Positions 26,873-38,937 of a stretch of 64,000 nt of DNA are shown here, one piece after another (positions within the stretch are counted from its first letter, which is position 1; every line of letters starts with the position of its first letter). Under the pieces are notes generated by a model. That model had not been told where the DNA came from, did no database searches, and saw only the letters and a program-made list of their open reading frames with translations. The translations under genes were made by a program, and so were the position numbers. The DNA comes from Phoronis australis (lineage: Eukaryota; Animalia; Phoronida): assembly GCA_002633005.1 (NCBI GenBank), contig NMRA01000959.1, positions 1 through 64,000 of the forward strand, read 5' to 3'.

Positions 26873-26944
26873 TTTGCAAATTTATCGTTTGTTGTTAGAA
26901 ACCGAAGGAAAGTTTCTCAGTCTTCTGTTATGATTAGACACTAT

Positions 26945-26980
26945 CACTTCCTTCCTTTTCCGGTTTACACTGCCCTCTTT
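26945..26980 (-). promoter_or_regulatory. Putative proximal promoter with ETS-like motifs
   Basis: Minus strand reads accggaaaaggaaggaagtg about 75-100 bp upstream of the BTB ATG. Confidence 0.3.
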
Positions 26981-27049
26981 TGATAAAAGCATGACTTAAC
27001 CCTTGACTTTCGGCAAGGGAGTGGAGACCCCCAGTGAGCTATTAGTAAT

Positions 27050-30000
27050 GAGGGATCTAATTCCCAGCAAGTCTATGTGTCCTGATAACATCCATCCATA
27101 GGATTGGTCATCAACAGCGTAATAAAAAAGACCAATAATTTCCAAGTTTTCGTCGAAGGACAAACACAAAGTTATGAGCAAAAGAAATAACTAATGGACC
27201 ACTTCATGTTCACATCTCTGAAGATTTTTCGACAAAAGTAAGAAAAGCCGGAAGAGAGCTGTACACGTTTTCAAACGAAAACAATATGGAGAATGCAACT
27301 ATACAATTCAACAAGCTCTATTGCAGTGAAAATGGTTAAAGAAATCAAGCAAGATATATCTACAGAAATATGCTTAGCACTGAGTTTCAGTGGCCACGAC
27401 CCACACTGAGCCTTCAAGGACCTGCGAAATACGTACAACAGTCTGGAATGAACACGGATTAAGTAACAAAACAGAGAACAAAAGTATTGTTGATTACTTA
27501 TGTTCTTTTGATTTGGAGTTGTGGAAACTTGGGTAACGAACGAAAATCTGTTTGATAACTTTTTGCCTGTGTACAACGAATGTTTCAGTAAAGTTAATTT
27601 AAAGAAGTGGATTTTGTGCGTTTTTAAAAAAAAGTGTTTACCTCGGTATGTAACTGAAAAAGGATCGTATTATTCTGTTGTGTTTACATGCCACCAGAGG
27701 GTGCAACAGTGTATGGAAATCAAATTGAAAAGAATGGTGTAGAAATCTTGAGAAGTGGTATTCAAGATGCCCTTTTAAATGCCCACGATGTATCTCTTTT
27801 GATTGTTGGCGATCTTAATGCTAGAATTGGCAAACTCTCTGATTATATTCAAGACGACTCAGCAGAGTGTTTGCCTACAGTCGAATGGTATGACTCGGAC
27901 ACCTTTAGTCCTTCAAGGATTAGTAAAGATCATTTTATTATTTCATTTTGAAAACCACTTGTGAGAATGTGTTGCGAGTTAAATGTTGTTTCATGTAACC
28001 GTATATTTCCAGGTGATGAGGAAGGTGAGTTCACGTGCTTATCTAATAAAGGACGTATTGTAGGCTAGTGTAGTTGATAATGTACTATTGACCACTGAAG
28101 TGTTCAATTTTGTATAAGAATGTAAAGTTGATTTATTGCATGTGTCTGATCACTTTCCTCTTGCTTCACCCAGTCACAGGATCACACTGTTCATAGCACA
28201 AATTATGTCGTCCGTAAATATGACATAGTTAGATGGAAGGCTGAAAGATGTAGTCAGTTCATGAACACGTTTGTCAGTGGGTTACAAGTGTTCTCTAGTG
28301 ATATTGCGTGGTATTTCACTCCTGCCTGTTCTCGGGAACATTTTTACGAAACTTATAAAAGCCCGTATAAGTTGAGCCAACGATAATGATTTATTTAACG
28401 AAGTTCAGGCTGGTTTTAGAAATAGTACAATAGACCAAATTTTTACCTTGCAAAGAATTATCCATAAGTACTTGGGTAAGCACAAAGGCAGATTTTATGT
28501 TACATTCGTTGATTTTTCTCCGGCCTTTGACATTATTTCACATAATTTTTGTGGAATAGGCTACACAAAAAAGAAATTCATGGTAGTTATTTAAATTTGA
28601 TGAAAAGTATGTATTCAAAACTAAGAAATGAGCGTAGGTTAATTGATGTTTTCAGTAATACTATTGGTACTCGCCAAGGGTGTACGTTTAGTCCTTTTTA
28701 TTTAGTATGTATTTGAACGAGTTTGTAGATTACTTAAAAAATCTTTAATTAGCGAAATTTGCATGAATGAGAATGAGCCTCAAAGTTGTATGTTGCTATA
28801 CGCTGATCATGATATGGTTGGTTGTGCAGAGACAGCATTTAAACTACAGCAACAAATTAACGCTCTGCATGAATACTGTCAGGATACTTAGGGGTATAAA
28901 AGTTAACCCTACAAAAACGAAAATAATGGTAATTAGAACGGCAGACCATAGAGAAAATACGAAAAATGACCGTTCGAAAATGAAAAAAATTAATGTCGTC
29001 TCATCAAACAAGTACCTGGGTATTTGCCTAACTTCTAAGTTAGTCTGGAAGCAAGCTAGAGAAAATTTGTCTCAGAAGGCACAGAAAGCAATGTTTTCAC
29101 TTAAACGTTTTCAGTCAAAATATAGACGACTTTCACCGAAAATTGCACACGGGATTTTTGATAAAATGGTATACCAAATCATTAGCTATGGAAGAGGTAT
29201 TTGGGTGCTTAAAGAATATTCTAGTATCAATTGAAATTATGTAAGCAATTGCTGGGTGTTGGAAGTAACTGACCAAATCATGCTGTCCTGGGAGAACTGA
29301 GAAGGTATCCGATTTATGTAAAGCTGTTTGTTAAATTAATCAAGTGTTGGTTTAAATTGTTAAAAATGCCAGCACATCGAAATCCAAAATCAGTCTATGA
29401 CAAGCTTGTCACACTGGACGAAGCTGGTAGGAAAAATTGCGTTTCATCTTTTGGGAATTTGCTGCAAAGACATGGTTTTGGATTGGTATGGTACAATCAG
29501 GAAGTTGGCTGCGAAGCATCTTTTCTTGTCATAATTTAGCACGAATTAAAGATTGTTTTTTACAAGGCTGGAGATTTTCTCTGGGAAATAGCTCAAAACT
29601 TAATACATTTTCCTCATTAAAAAATGATTTTGAAATTGAATCCCATCTGTTGCGTGATATTCCATATAACTTTTTAGCAACTATGGCTAAATTACGTTGC
29701 TCCAACAATAACTTGATGATACAACTGTAGAGCAAGATAGACATGCCCTTGTGGATTTAAAATACCGTGCGTGTTGTTTCTGTGTGTACCTAATTGAAGG
29801 TGTATACCATTTTATATGTGTTTGTAAAATGCACTGTTCCCTGAAAACTTTATACCTGAGTGTTGCTCGCGTGAACCAAATAAACGTAAATTTGTAAATC
29901 TAGTGAAAATATCGGAGCCCAATGCTCAGATCAATCTAATGAAATTTGTATTTCACGCTACTGCGATGAGGCAATACCTGATCAGGGATATCCTGTATAT

Positions 30001-30050
30001 TTGATGTAACATGTCGGCCAAGGCCTTAAATGTTGAAAAATAGATGAATA
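27050..30050 (+). mobile_element. Decayed non-LTR retrotransposon, family A (ORF1 remnant + APE + RT; possibly RTE-X-like, clade uncertain)
   Basis: ORF1 motifs IHRIG, RPII, ISEDFS, FNKL (27090-27330). APE motifs ETW, YMPP, VGDLNARIG, SDHFP. RT motifs RGISLL, QAGFR, FVDFS.AFD, GTRQGC, LYAD, KYLG. C-terminal AVLGEL..YP and LRCSN. Many stops and frameshifts, and the APE-RT linker is deleted near 28300. Confidence 0.9.
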
Positions 30051-30054
30051 TATA

Positions 30055-30950
30055 TAACATCCACTCAATCATTTTTAAAAGTAATGCAGTGCAACTGGCT
30101 CCACTTGTGATCCTCATAAGGAATCATCACTTAGAGCTAGCATTGTCCCGTCTGACTGGAGAAATCCAGCCCACCTCCTATTTACTTCCCAATCACACGC
30201 CAAAGTCGGTCCAGGAGGTTCAATATTTCGGCGTTACCATCTCACATGATCTCAAATGTTCATCCCACATAAGCAACATCCAAAAGAAAGCAAATAAAAC
30301 TCTGGGCTTTCTTCGGCGAAACTTGCGTATAAGCAGCCAACGATGTAAAGCGTTTGCGTATAAAACAATGGTGCGACCCACCTTGGAGTACGCCTCTACT
30401 GTTTAGGACACGTGTACCCAAAACGACATTGCAGCTGTAGAGAAAGTACAGAGGAGAGCTGTTCGCTGGGACACGAGACGGTTCAATCGTCCAATCCTCT
30501 GTCCAATGTTAGAAACCTTAAACTGGCACACCCTCAGCCACAGACGCAAAATCTGTGGGCTGAAAACACTTTACAAATGCAGTATGGTACGAATTCGGTG
30601 ATCATCGACTCTGATGTCCTTATCCCAGATCTTACTGTCTCGGGTATTTGTACCAGAAGATCATCCTGTTATAGTATTCCAATGAATAGGAAAGATTACA
30701 GGAAAAAGGCATTTCCTCCTAGAACAGTAAGAATAGCTTGCCGGCCTACATTATATCACCCAATTCTCTTGAAATCTTTGCCAGCAAGCTATCTGTCTTT
30801 CTGAAGTAACATAGTGGGATGCTTCCATTTGGGGCACCCGCTTACTGACTGCTTTGTCTGTTAACGATCTAGCAATGTTAACCGACCTCTGAAGTGACGC
30901 CCACTATATATTTCCTGTTAAACCTTTTCTTCTTCCTCTTCTTAATTTAA
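30055..30950 (+). mobile_element. Decayed CR1/L2-group LINE 3' part, family B, lacking ~0.7 kb of RT core
   Basis: KKANKTLGFLRRNL and YKTMVRPTLEYAS. Matches 33710-35285 except for a deletion at ~30165. Confidence 0.9.
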
Positions 30951-31522
30951 AAGACCACACTCTTTCCAGATTATTATGTTACCGTATACCAAAGAAGATC
31001 AACGATAACGAGAACATTTCATTGAGTGTGACCATGGACATCTTAATACTGTGATGTCTATTAGTGGGACGATGTCATCGCGCCATTCAGGTATGCAACA
31101 GTGACATCTTTTGACGAAAATCATTAATCTATTTTTCGAGTGCAGGAACTCCGATATTTTGCAACAGATATCAAAGACAAAAACGCACGGCTTCCAAAAT
31201 TCGAGAAGCTGGACTTTAAGATTCATTTGTGCAAAAGAATGTGGTCTGAAGAAAACGTTTTTTTGAAGTAGTCAGTACAATAAATATACAGAACCAGAAA
31301 GCCATGAGTCATTGTAACTGTTCTAAACAGTGCTGTAGTGGTAAGTGGGCGTCCAATGCCCACCGTATCTACTTGAGCATTGAATTGAAAGATTTATTTA
31401 CATCGCAAAACCTGATGCAAACATGAAGGCCTATTTTTTGTTTCACGAGTGAGTATTTGCATAGAGTCTGCAGTGCCGAATCTACGATGTCAGAGAAAGG
31501 ATTCCAGCCACACGTACATTGT

Positions 31523-31700
31523 GCAGGAAGGCAAAGTAGACTGCGACGCAGCATAGAAGGGAACTGGCGACGGTGTGGCATCTTTCTTGAAGAGAGCTTC
31601 ATCGTGATTGTACAGGAAGGCAGAGCAGATTGCGACGTAGCAGAAAAGGGAACTGCCGACGGTGTGGCATCCTTCTTGAAGAGAGCTTCATTGTGATCTT
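31523..31700. repeat. Tandem duplication, 89 bp unit x2
   Basis: gggaactg.cgacggtgtggcatc.ttcttgaagagagcttcat.gtgat occurs at ~31559 and ~31648. Confidence 0.9.
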
Positions 31701-32009
31701 TTTTGTAATCACAAGGTAAACAGGTTTTGTCGCGCACACCATGAATACAATTTGTGCAATACTTCAGTCGTGACAATACCGGAAATTGCTTAATACTTGA
31801 CACGACTGAGACAACCCTCACGGACCATTCGCTTATTATCTACTAGAAATCAGGAAAACGAAAGTCATGGGCACTTTTAGAGCTCAACAATTTGAATGAG
31901 ACTCAGAGAAATGCAAACGATACTTAAACTTGTTACAAGATGATCAAAAGGACACATATCTTATGCCAAGCACAATCCTATAAGAACATGTAAGCAAAGA
32001 TGTCTGGGA

Positions 32010-32250
32010 ATAGTTAATATATGGACGCTGAGGTTGGCCAGTAGAGAAATATACCAAATAATCGAACCACATGTCTCTCTCTGCCGGTCTAGTGCTCTCT
32101 CCACTGAGCAACTGAGGACCCGGTGTCTGTGCAATTACTGTCTACAGTCAACTGTTATGTCATCCCTCCCATGAGCTTTGCTTGGCATTTTTCACACTGG
32201 ATTTGGTATATTTCACTACTGGCCAACCTCAGCGTCTACATATTTACTAT
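32010..32250. mobile_element. MITE-like element with 50-bp TIRs enclosing a tRNA-derived segment
   Basis: 32010-32059 matches the reverse complement of 32201-32250 at 46/50 positions. Internal minus-strand gggtcctcagttgctcagtggagagagcactagaccggca...gtggttcgat has A-box-like and B-box-like motifs. Confidence 0.85.
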
Positions 32251-32638
32251 ATGTAATTAACACATATTTGTAAATTGTTGATTGTATATATAATTGTACA
32301 AATCCGTTTCCAACTAAGGCACAAGGGGCAAGATGCCTGGCAGGGGCGTTATGCCCCATATCCGATTGACACAGTACCCTAAGTATGCACAGTTAAATAA
32401 ACATTCCATTAAAGTTTAAAATGTCAATTTTATGTGTAGTTAAGTCGTGTTAAGTTCAGTAAAATATCAATCTTCAAGTACTGCATGTTAACAAGCTCGT
32501 GTACTTGTAGAAAAACGCACATCACAAGAAACGCGCATTACTTTATTCAACAAACCACAACAACTAGCTTATCTATCAAATTTATCGCAACACAGTAACA
32601 GTCGCAATAATTATTTGCACGAAGATGGGCAAACCAGA

Positions 32639-32639
32639 N
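32639..32639. other. Single-N contig join; 32640-35449 repeats 28980-32638 with two large indels
   Basis: Sequence after the N restarts at atgaaaaaaatt.atgtcgtc (= 28980). Sequence before the N (32476-32638) matches 35287-35449. Confidence 0.9.
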
Positions 32640-33710
32640 ATGAAAAAAATTGATGTCGTCTCATCAAACAAGTACCTGGGCATTTGCCTAATTTCTAAGT
32701 TAGTCTGGAAGCAAGCTACAGAAAATTTGTCTCAGAAGGCACAGAAAGCAATGTTTTCACTTAAACCTTTTCAGTCAAAATGTAGACGACTTTCACCGAA
32801 AATTGCACACGGGATTTTTGATAAAACGGTATACCAAATCATTAGCTATGGAAGAGATATTTCGGGGCTTAAAGAATATTGTAGTATCAATTGAAATTCT
32901 GTAAGCAATTGCTGGGTGTTGGAAGTAACTGACCAAATCATGCTGTCCTGGGAGAACTGAGAAGGTATCCGATTTATGTAAAGCTGTTTGTTAAATTAAT
33001 CAAGTGTTGGTTTAAATTGTTAAAAATGCCAGCACATCGAAATCCAAAATCAGTCTATGACAAGCTTGTCACACTGGACGAAGCTGGTAGGAAAAATTGT
33101 GTTTCATATTTTGGGAATTTGCTGCAAAGACATGGTTTTGGATTGGTATGGTACAATCAGGGAGTTGGCTGCGAAGCTTCTTTTCTTGTCATAATTTAGC
33201 ACGAATTAAAGATTTTTTACAAGACGGGATATTTTCTTTGGGAATAGCTCAAAACATTTTCCTCATTCAAAATTGATTATGAAATTGAATCCCATCTGTT
33301 GCGTGATATTCCATATAACTTTTTAGCAACTATGGCTAAATTACGTTGCTCCAACAATAACTTGATGATACAACTGTAGAGCAAGATAGACATGCCCTTG
33401 TGGTTTTAAAATACCATGCGTGTTGTTTCTGTGTGTCCCTAATTGAAGGTGTATACCATTTTATATGTGTTTGTAAAATGCACTGTTCCCTGAGAACTGC
33501 ATTTATACCTGAGTGTTGCTCGCGTGAACCAAATAAACGTAAATTTGTAAAGCTAGTGAAAATATCGGAGCCCAATGCTCAGATTAATCTAATGAAATTT
33601 TTATTTCACGCTACTGCGATGAGGCAAAAGCTGATCAGCGATATCCTGTAAATTTTATGTAACATGTCGGCCAAGGCCTTAAATGTTGAAAAATAGATGA
33701 ATATATATAA
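32640..33710 (+). mobile_element. Second copy of the LINE family A 3' end
   Basis: Near-identical to 28980-30050 (paired ORFs at 29357 and 33017). Confidence 0.92.
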
Positions 33711-35285
33711 CATCCACTCAATCATTCTTAAAAGCAATGCAGTGTAACTGGCTCCACCTGTGATCCTCATAAGGAATCATCACTTAGAGCTGGCATTGTC
33801 CCGTCTGACTGGAGAAATTCAAACGTAATCCCTGTTTTCAAAGAAGGATAAAAAACTTACCTGAGAACTACAGACCTACACTGTATATCACTAACCAGTA
33901 TGGTGTGTAAAATGCTTGAAGACATAATTGTCCACACGATTTTAGAGCACTGTGACTCAAATAACATGTCCGAAACAACATGGATTCCGTTCAAAATTGC
34001 CTTGTGAAACTCAACTGTTGGGCTTCATTAGTGAGATTAGTGAGCACGTTGAGAATGGTAATAGTGTTGATGCTCTCATAATGGATTTTTGTAAAGCCTT
34101 CGATAATGTAAACCACTCTTTACTGATTCACAAACTAAACTGATACGGTATATCAGGTGCTATTAATAACTGGATCGCAAGTTTTATAACTGGACGACAA
34201 CAAACTGTGGTTGTCAGAAGCGAGAAGTCGCCAAGTATACCTGTGGAGTCTGGGATACCCCAAGGCTCAGTATTAGGCACCTGCTTGTTTCTATTATACA
34301 TAAACGATATTCCCCTTGGCCTGTCTGGCAAAATCAAACTATTTGCAGACGATACAATATGCTACAACATTGCCAACTCAGCCTCTGACAGAGAGGCTCT
34401 GCTGAAAGATTTAGATAGTGTTGCTCTGTGGGAGGCCAGGTGGCTTATGGCTATCCAACCGGACAAGTGTAGTGCCTTCACCCTGACCAGAAAACGCCAA
34501 ATACAGCCCACTTCCTATGTACTTCACAATCACACGCCAAAGTCGGTCAAAGAGGTTAAATATTTGGGCGTTACCATCTCACATGATCTCATATGGTCAT
34601 CCCACATAAGCAACATCCAGAAGAAAGCAAATAAAACACTGGGTTCTTCTTCGGCGAAACTTCCGTATACGCAGCCAACGATGTAAGGAGTTTGCGTATA
34701 AAACAATTGTTCGACCCACCTTGGAGTACGCCTCTACTGTTTAGGACACTTATACCCAAAGAGACATTGCAGCTGTAGAGAAAGTGCAGAGGAGAGCTGT
34801 TCGCTGGGACACGAGACGGTTCAATCGTCTATCCTCTGTCCAATGTTAGAAACTTTAAACTGGCACACCCTCAGCCATAGACGCAAACTCTGTGGGCTGA
34901 AAACTCTTTACAAATGCAGTATGGTAAGAATTCGGTGATCATCAACTCTGATGTTGTCCTTATCCCAGATCTTGCTGTCTCGGGCATTTGTACCAGAAGG
35001 TCATCCTGTTATAGTATTCCAATGAATAGGACAGATTACAGGAAAAAGGCATTTCCTCCTAGGGACTGGAATAGCTTGCCGGCCTACATTATATCACTCA
35101 ATTCTCTTGAAATCTTTGCCAGCAAGCTATCTGTCTTTCTGAAGTAACAGTGGGGTGCTTCCATTTGGGGCACAAGCTTACTGACTGCTTTGTCTGTTAA
35201 CGATCTAGCAATGTTAACCGACCTTTGAAGTGACGTCCACTATATATATCCTGTTAAACCTTTTCTTCTTCCTCTTCTTAATTTA
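33710..35285 (+). mobile_element. 5'-truncated CR1/L2-group LINE, family B, with RT core
   Basis: GIVPSDWRNSNVIPVFK, ENYRP/ISLTS, QHGFRS, MDFCKAFD, SGIPQGSVLG, LFADD, KYLGV, VRPTLEYAS. Disrupted by stops. Confidence 0.93.
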
Positions 35286-35289
35286 AAAG

Positions 35290-38218
35290 TACTGCATGTT
35301 AACAAGCTCGTGTACTTGTAGAAAAACGCACATCACAAGAAATGCGCATTACTTTATTCAACAAACCACAACAAATAGCTTATCTATCAAATTTATCGCA
35401 ACACAGTAACAGTCGCAATAATTATTTGCACGAAGATGGGCAAACCAGATGTGCAGGTCTGATGTGCCCAGTTGTGATATTTCTGGCACTGCAGTCACAC
35501 TTCCCGAGGTCTTGAACAACTGTATGACTGTCTGCACACCAGACACATCTCGTCATCCTCCTGGGGATTACATTTGCGGGTCTTTTTTGTGCTTTTTTCT
35601 TAGCTGACTGTGATGTTTTCTTCGCCTTATATTCCTCTAACTTTCTCTTGGTAGGTTGATGAAGTGATGACAGCAGCTGTTTCTGCCCTTGATGTCGAGT
35701 GCCGAGATAAACTCGGCAATGGCGACAGTTGTCTTATGATGACTTCAAGTTTCTCTTGCTCTAAAATTGTATTGTCCTGCAGAACACATGTATAGTGACC
35801 AACATCGTCACCAATCGTTGCAAATCGTACAATGAGGAAATCCTTCTCAAGCGTTCTGATTCCGCATTGTGCGATAACAACGTCGTCGGAATTTAGCACG
35901 CTGATAGTATTTCCGATCACTTTGCTTAATGCCGCCAGCTCTAGTTCTCCTGGCATACACGTCAGGTCAGCCATGGCAGCTATGCGTTCTTTCATCGAGT
36001 TGTATCGCAGTTCCATCGGTAGGTCTCCATTGATTACCTCCGTATCCAACCCCTCGTATCCACCGATGTTCTGGTACATGTAAGTGATCACTTTCCCTCT
36101 CAGGCCATCAGATTGTGTGGTCTGATATATATCCATGAGAGGATCTAACGGTCGTCCATGCTGTTCTCACTCTGCATCTTGGAGATGCATCTCCAAAGAG
36201 ATTACTAAACTGCGGAAAAGACAGCATCCATCCCCCGACGTTTTTATTTCTGTAACCGTCGACGATATTTCTACGGCTGTCGACGTCAGTGAGTCTGCCA
36301 TTTCCACAGCAGGCGAGCAACACTTTGAACATAACCAGCGACTGCAGCATCTTGTTCCTCCTCTGACGGCACCATGAAGGACCCTCCGAAGTCTTCATCT
36401 CGAAACACGCTTGGGTCAAAAGGCCATAAACCACAAGCCCGAATGCCATTTACGGCTCTCTCGGGGACGCTTGTGAGACGAAATGCTTTGCCTGGTAGAG
36501 CTGCAATTTCGTGAATAGTGAATCTCCTCCCTGGGTTGGCCATCAACAAGGTGTCATCTTCTGCATTAAAGGCGGCCTTTAACGATATGAAGCAAAATCG
36601 GTCAAGCGGTTGCAATTTGTGGGTGCAATGCGGTGGAAACGTTGTCATTTCCATGCCGCTATCGCGAAAATAGTCGGCTGCTTAAAGCGTTTTGTGACTA
36701 TGGTGCCCGTCTAATAAAATAATGTGAGGACTTTCCTTCGAACAGATCGTCATGTTCTTAAAATTTTATAAAAATCTTCCAGCCTTTCACAAAACAGATC
36801 TGCATCTGTCCATCCGTTGGAACTGGCGCGCCCGACTGACTGTGGAGGAGCACTATTCATTAAGCTCTCCTGCATTCACTTCCTGGGAAATATATATATA
36901 GGGGTGATGAATGTACCGGAAGCACTGCACGCACAAATACAGGTGATCAGTGCTCCTCGTTCACCGCCTGTTATTCTTCCAAATGAATCCGAATAACTCC
37001 TTTGCATGCCAGTACTTTCCGTGGTTTCTAGAACGTTGTGCAACCTGTCTCATCCATATTCCAAATCCTTGATGGCAAGTACATGTAATTCTGTTTATTT
37101 AGACAATCGTTTAGTAGGCTGCAAAAGGCAGAAATTCGCTGTTTATTAAACCTTGAAGCTCTGTACGTGTTTAGGTTTTCTCAAACTGAGGTCCTGTCAC
37201 CTAGGGAAAGCCTTCGCCCAGTTTGTTCCTGCCAACTTTGAGGTCTTGTTGAAGGGGTGATCAAGGCTAGCGGTTTCAGCGACATCGAAAGCAAGTCTGC
37301 ACAAGTCATGCATGGACAGAGCAAACGACGCTGCATTGCCTCTACATGTGTTTTAAGCTCTATTTCGACCCTAACAGGGAAAGCTGGGTTGAATCTTCCA
37401 AACATGTGTGCCCGGTTCATCCACAAGACTGTCCTGCTGACGCCGGAGGGTTTCGGCCGGAACTCTGAACTACATGTATTTCCTAGCCCTGAACAGAGGG
37501 ACTCCTTCAACTACTGCCTTTAGCGCTGCTTGTAACATTTCTTCTCCATACTTTCCCCTTTCTGTCAAGTGGGTAACATTTAGATATTTTCATAAAATTT
37601 CTAAAAAAAACCTCGCATCAAACAAAGTTACACAATGTAGGCCCTAACTTTTTTACCTATCCCTTCACCCGTTAGAGTTACGAATGTGCCTAGTAAATGA
37701 AAACAGTAATGATATCATTAAATTGCAAAAAAAGTTTTTTATAAATTCAAGGTACTTGTTTAAAGGCAGAGCACACTTCGACTGATAGAATTCTAAGTGT
37801 AAGGGCAGAACGCCCACTGTACTGAAGCCAAAGGCCCTTGTAGGCGTTTTACCCACCAGCATGGAGGCATTTTATTCCCAGTGAACAGCATCCTATTTTT
37901 TAACAAAACACTGTACAAAGGGAGATAAGTCAAATTAAATGACTCTAACAACAACTTAATACACTAATTTAGCAGGAAAAATGTCAGTTATTATTAGTAA
38001 CGCATGCTACACTAAACTTAACGAAGTGTTGTTTTTACAAGAAAACCAACGTAAATAATGAAGCATAGCTCATAAACATACCGTTGAAGTCTGAGTTTCA
38101 AAAAAACGTGTTTAACCGGAAGACGTAATGCTTCACGTGACTCCCTACGTTGTATAATTTCCGACATATAGAGGGTAGGCGTTTGACCTCGCGTAGGCTT
38201 TTTGCCCCATGTTACTCT
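35290..38218 (-). mobile_element. Decayed pogo/Tigger-type (Tc1/mariner superfamily) DNA transposon: HTH-psq + CENP-B HTH + DDE + OTU-like + PHD
   Basis: RGKYGEEMLQAALKAVVEG (~37560-37505); FGRFNPAF...EIELKTHVEAMQRR; catalytic triad IWNMDETG (~37065-37043), ILLDGHHSHK (~36720-36692), HKLQPLD (~36620-36601); C-terminal CLVC...SRPREV*LQC...WAHQTC (~35535-35452). Termini are tentative. Confidence 0.92.
35790..36250 (-). pseudogene. OTU-like cysteine protease (deubiquitinase-type) domain inside the transposase
   Basis: One frame reads IKTSGDGCCLFRSLVISL...(*)...LRGKVITYM...MPGELELAALS...ISV...DVGHYTCV. This gives the Cys box (36206-36235), the GELEL.AL box and the HY box. One internal TGA at ~36168-36170. 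Confidence 0.85.
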
Positions 38219-38635
38219 TCATGTACACATGTAGGTGAGTTACACAACCAGGCAAACACTACCCAGTGAGTAGGCGGGGTGGGTTGCAAACTGAGAAAGA
38301 CCACCAGCTAAGAGTACTGAATAAAAACCATTGAAGAATAATTTTCAATACTTAATTAGAGGTTTCCGTAAACATGAAATCGATTTACTGCTTTTTATGT
38401 ACATGTATATTTTTTAAAAACCTGCCCGATCAAAACAAATGAACGTCACCAATAACGCTCCGCCGTTTGATCCTTGAGAGCTCTAGACACACAATCAGTT
38501 GTTTCCAGAGCTTCAGAAAAGAGAAAATAACCTTACCTGGATACCTCATTCGTTCCCTAAAGAATTTCACTGACGAGATAGCTCACACACTATTTGCTGT
38601 GCAGTCTGAGACTTAAAACAGTACTTGGGACATTA

Positions 38636-38936
38636 CCAGCCGATTTCATAAAGGTGGTTTAAAGTTAAACCTGGTTTAAACTGGGCTTAGACCAGGTTTA
38701 AAGATAATCTGCATTTCATAAAGGTGGTTTAACTTTTAGACCAGTGGTCTTGTAAAACCTGGTTTAACTCCACTTTAGACCTGGTTGAAGTCAGTTTTCA
38801 TTTCACCAACGAGGTATACATTACTTGGACCTGTATTTAGATCATAAACCAGAATTAACTTTAGACTTGGTCATACCCAGGTTTAACACTTTTAAAGATG
38901 GCCGACTCAGACTTGCGAGATATACATGTGCTCTAT
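38636..38936. mobile_element. One end of a PIF/Harbinger-like non-autonomous element, truncated at the N join
   Basis: Starts (c)cagccgatttcataaag immediately after TTA, with subterminal ctggtttaa repeats. Absent at the equivalent site in the duplicate copy (39969). Confidence 0.6.
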
Positions 38937-38937
38937 N

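Noticed and set aside
32316-32381. Definitive 3' TIR of the pogo element
   Set aside because: It shares only a ggggcaa.a.gcct core with 38195-38218 and is itself partly palindromic, so the boundary is left tentative.
35832-36377. Plus-strand ORFs at 35832 and 36135
   Set aside because: Antisense shadows of the transposase/OTU coding sequence.
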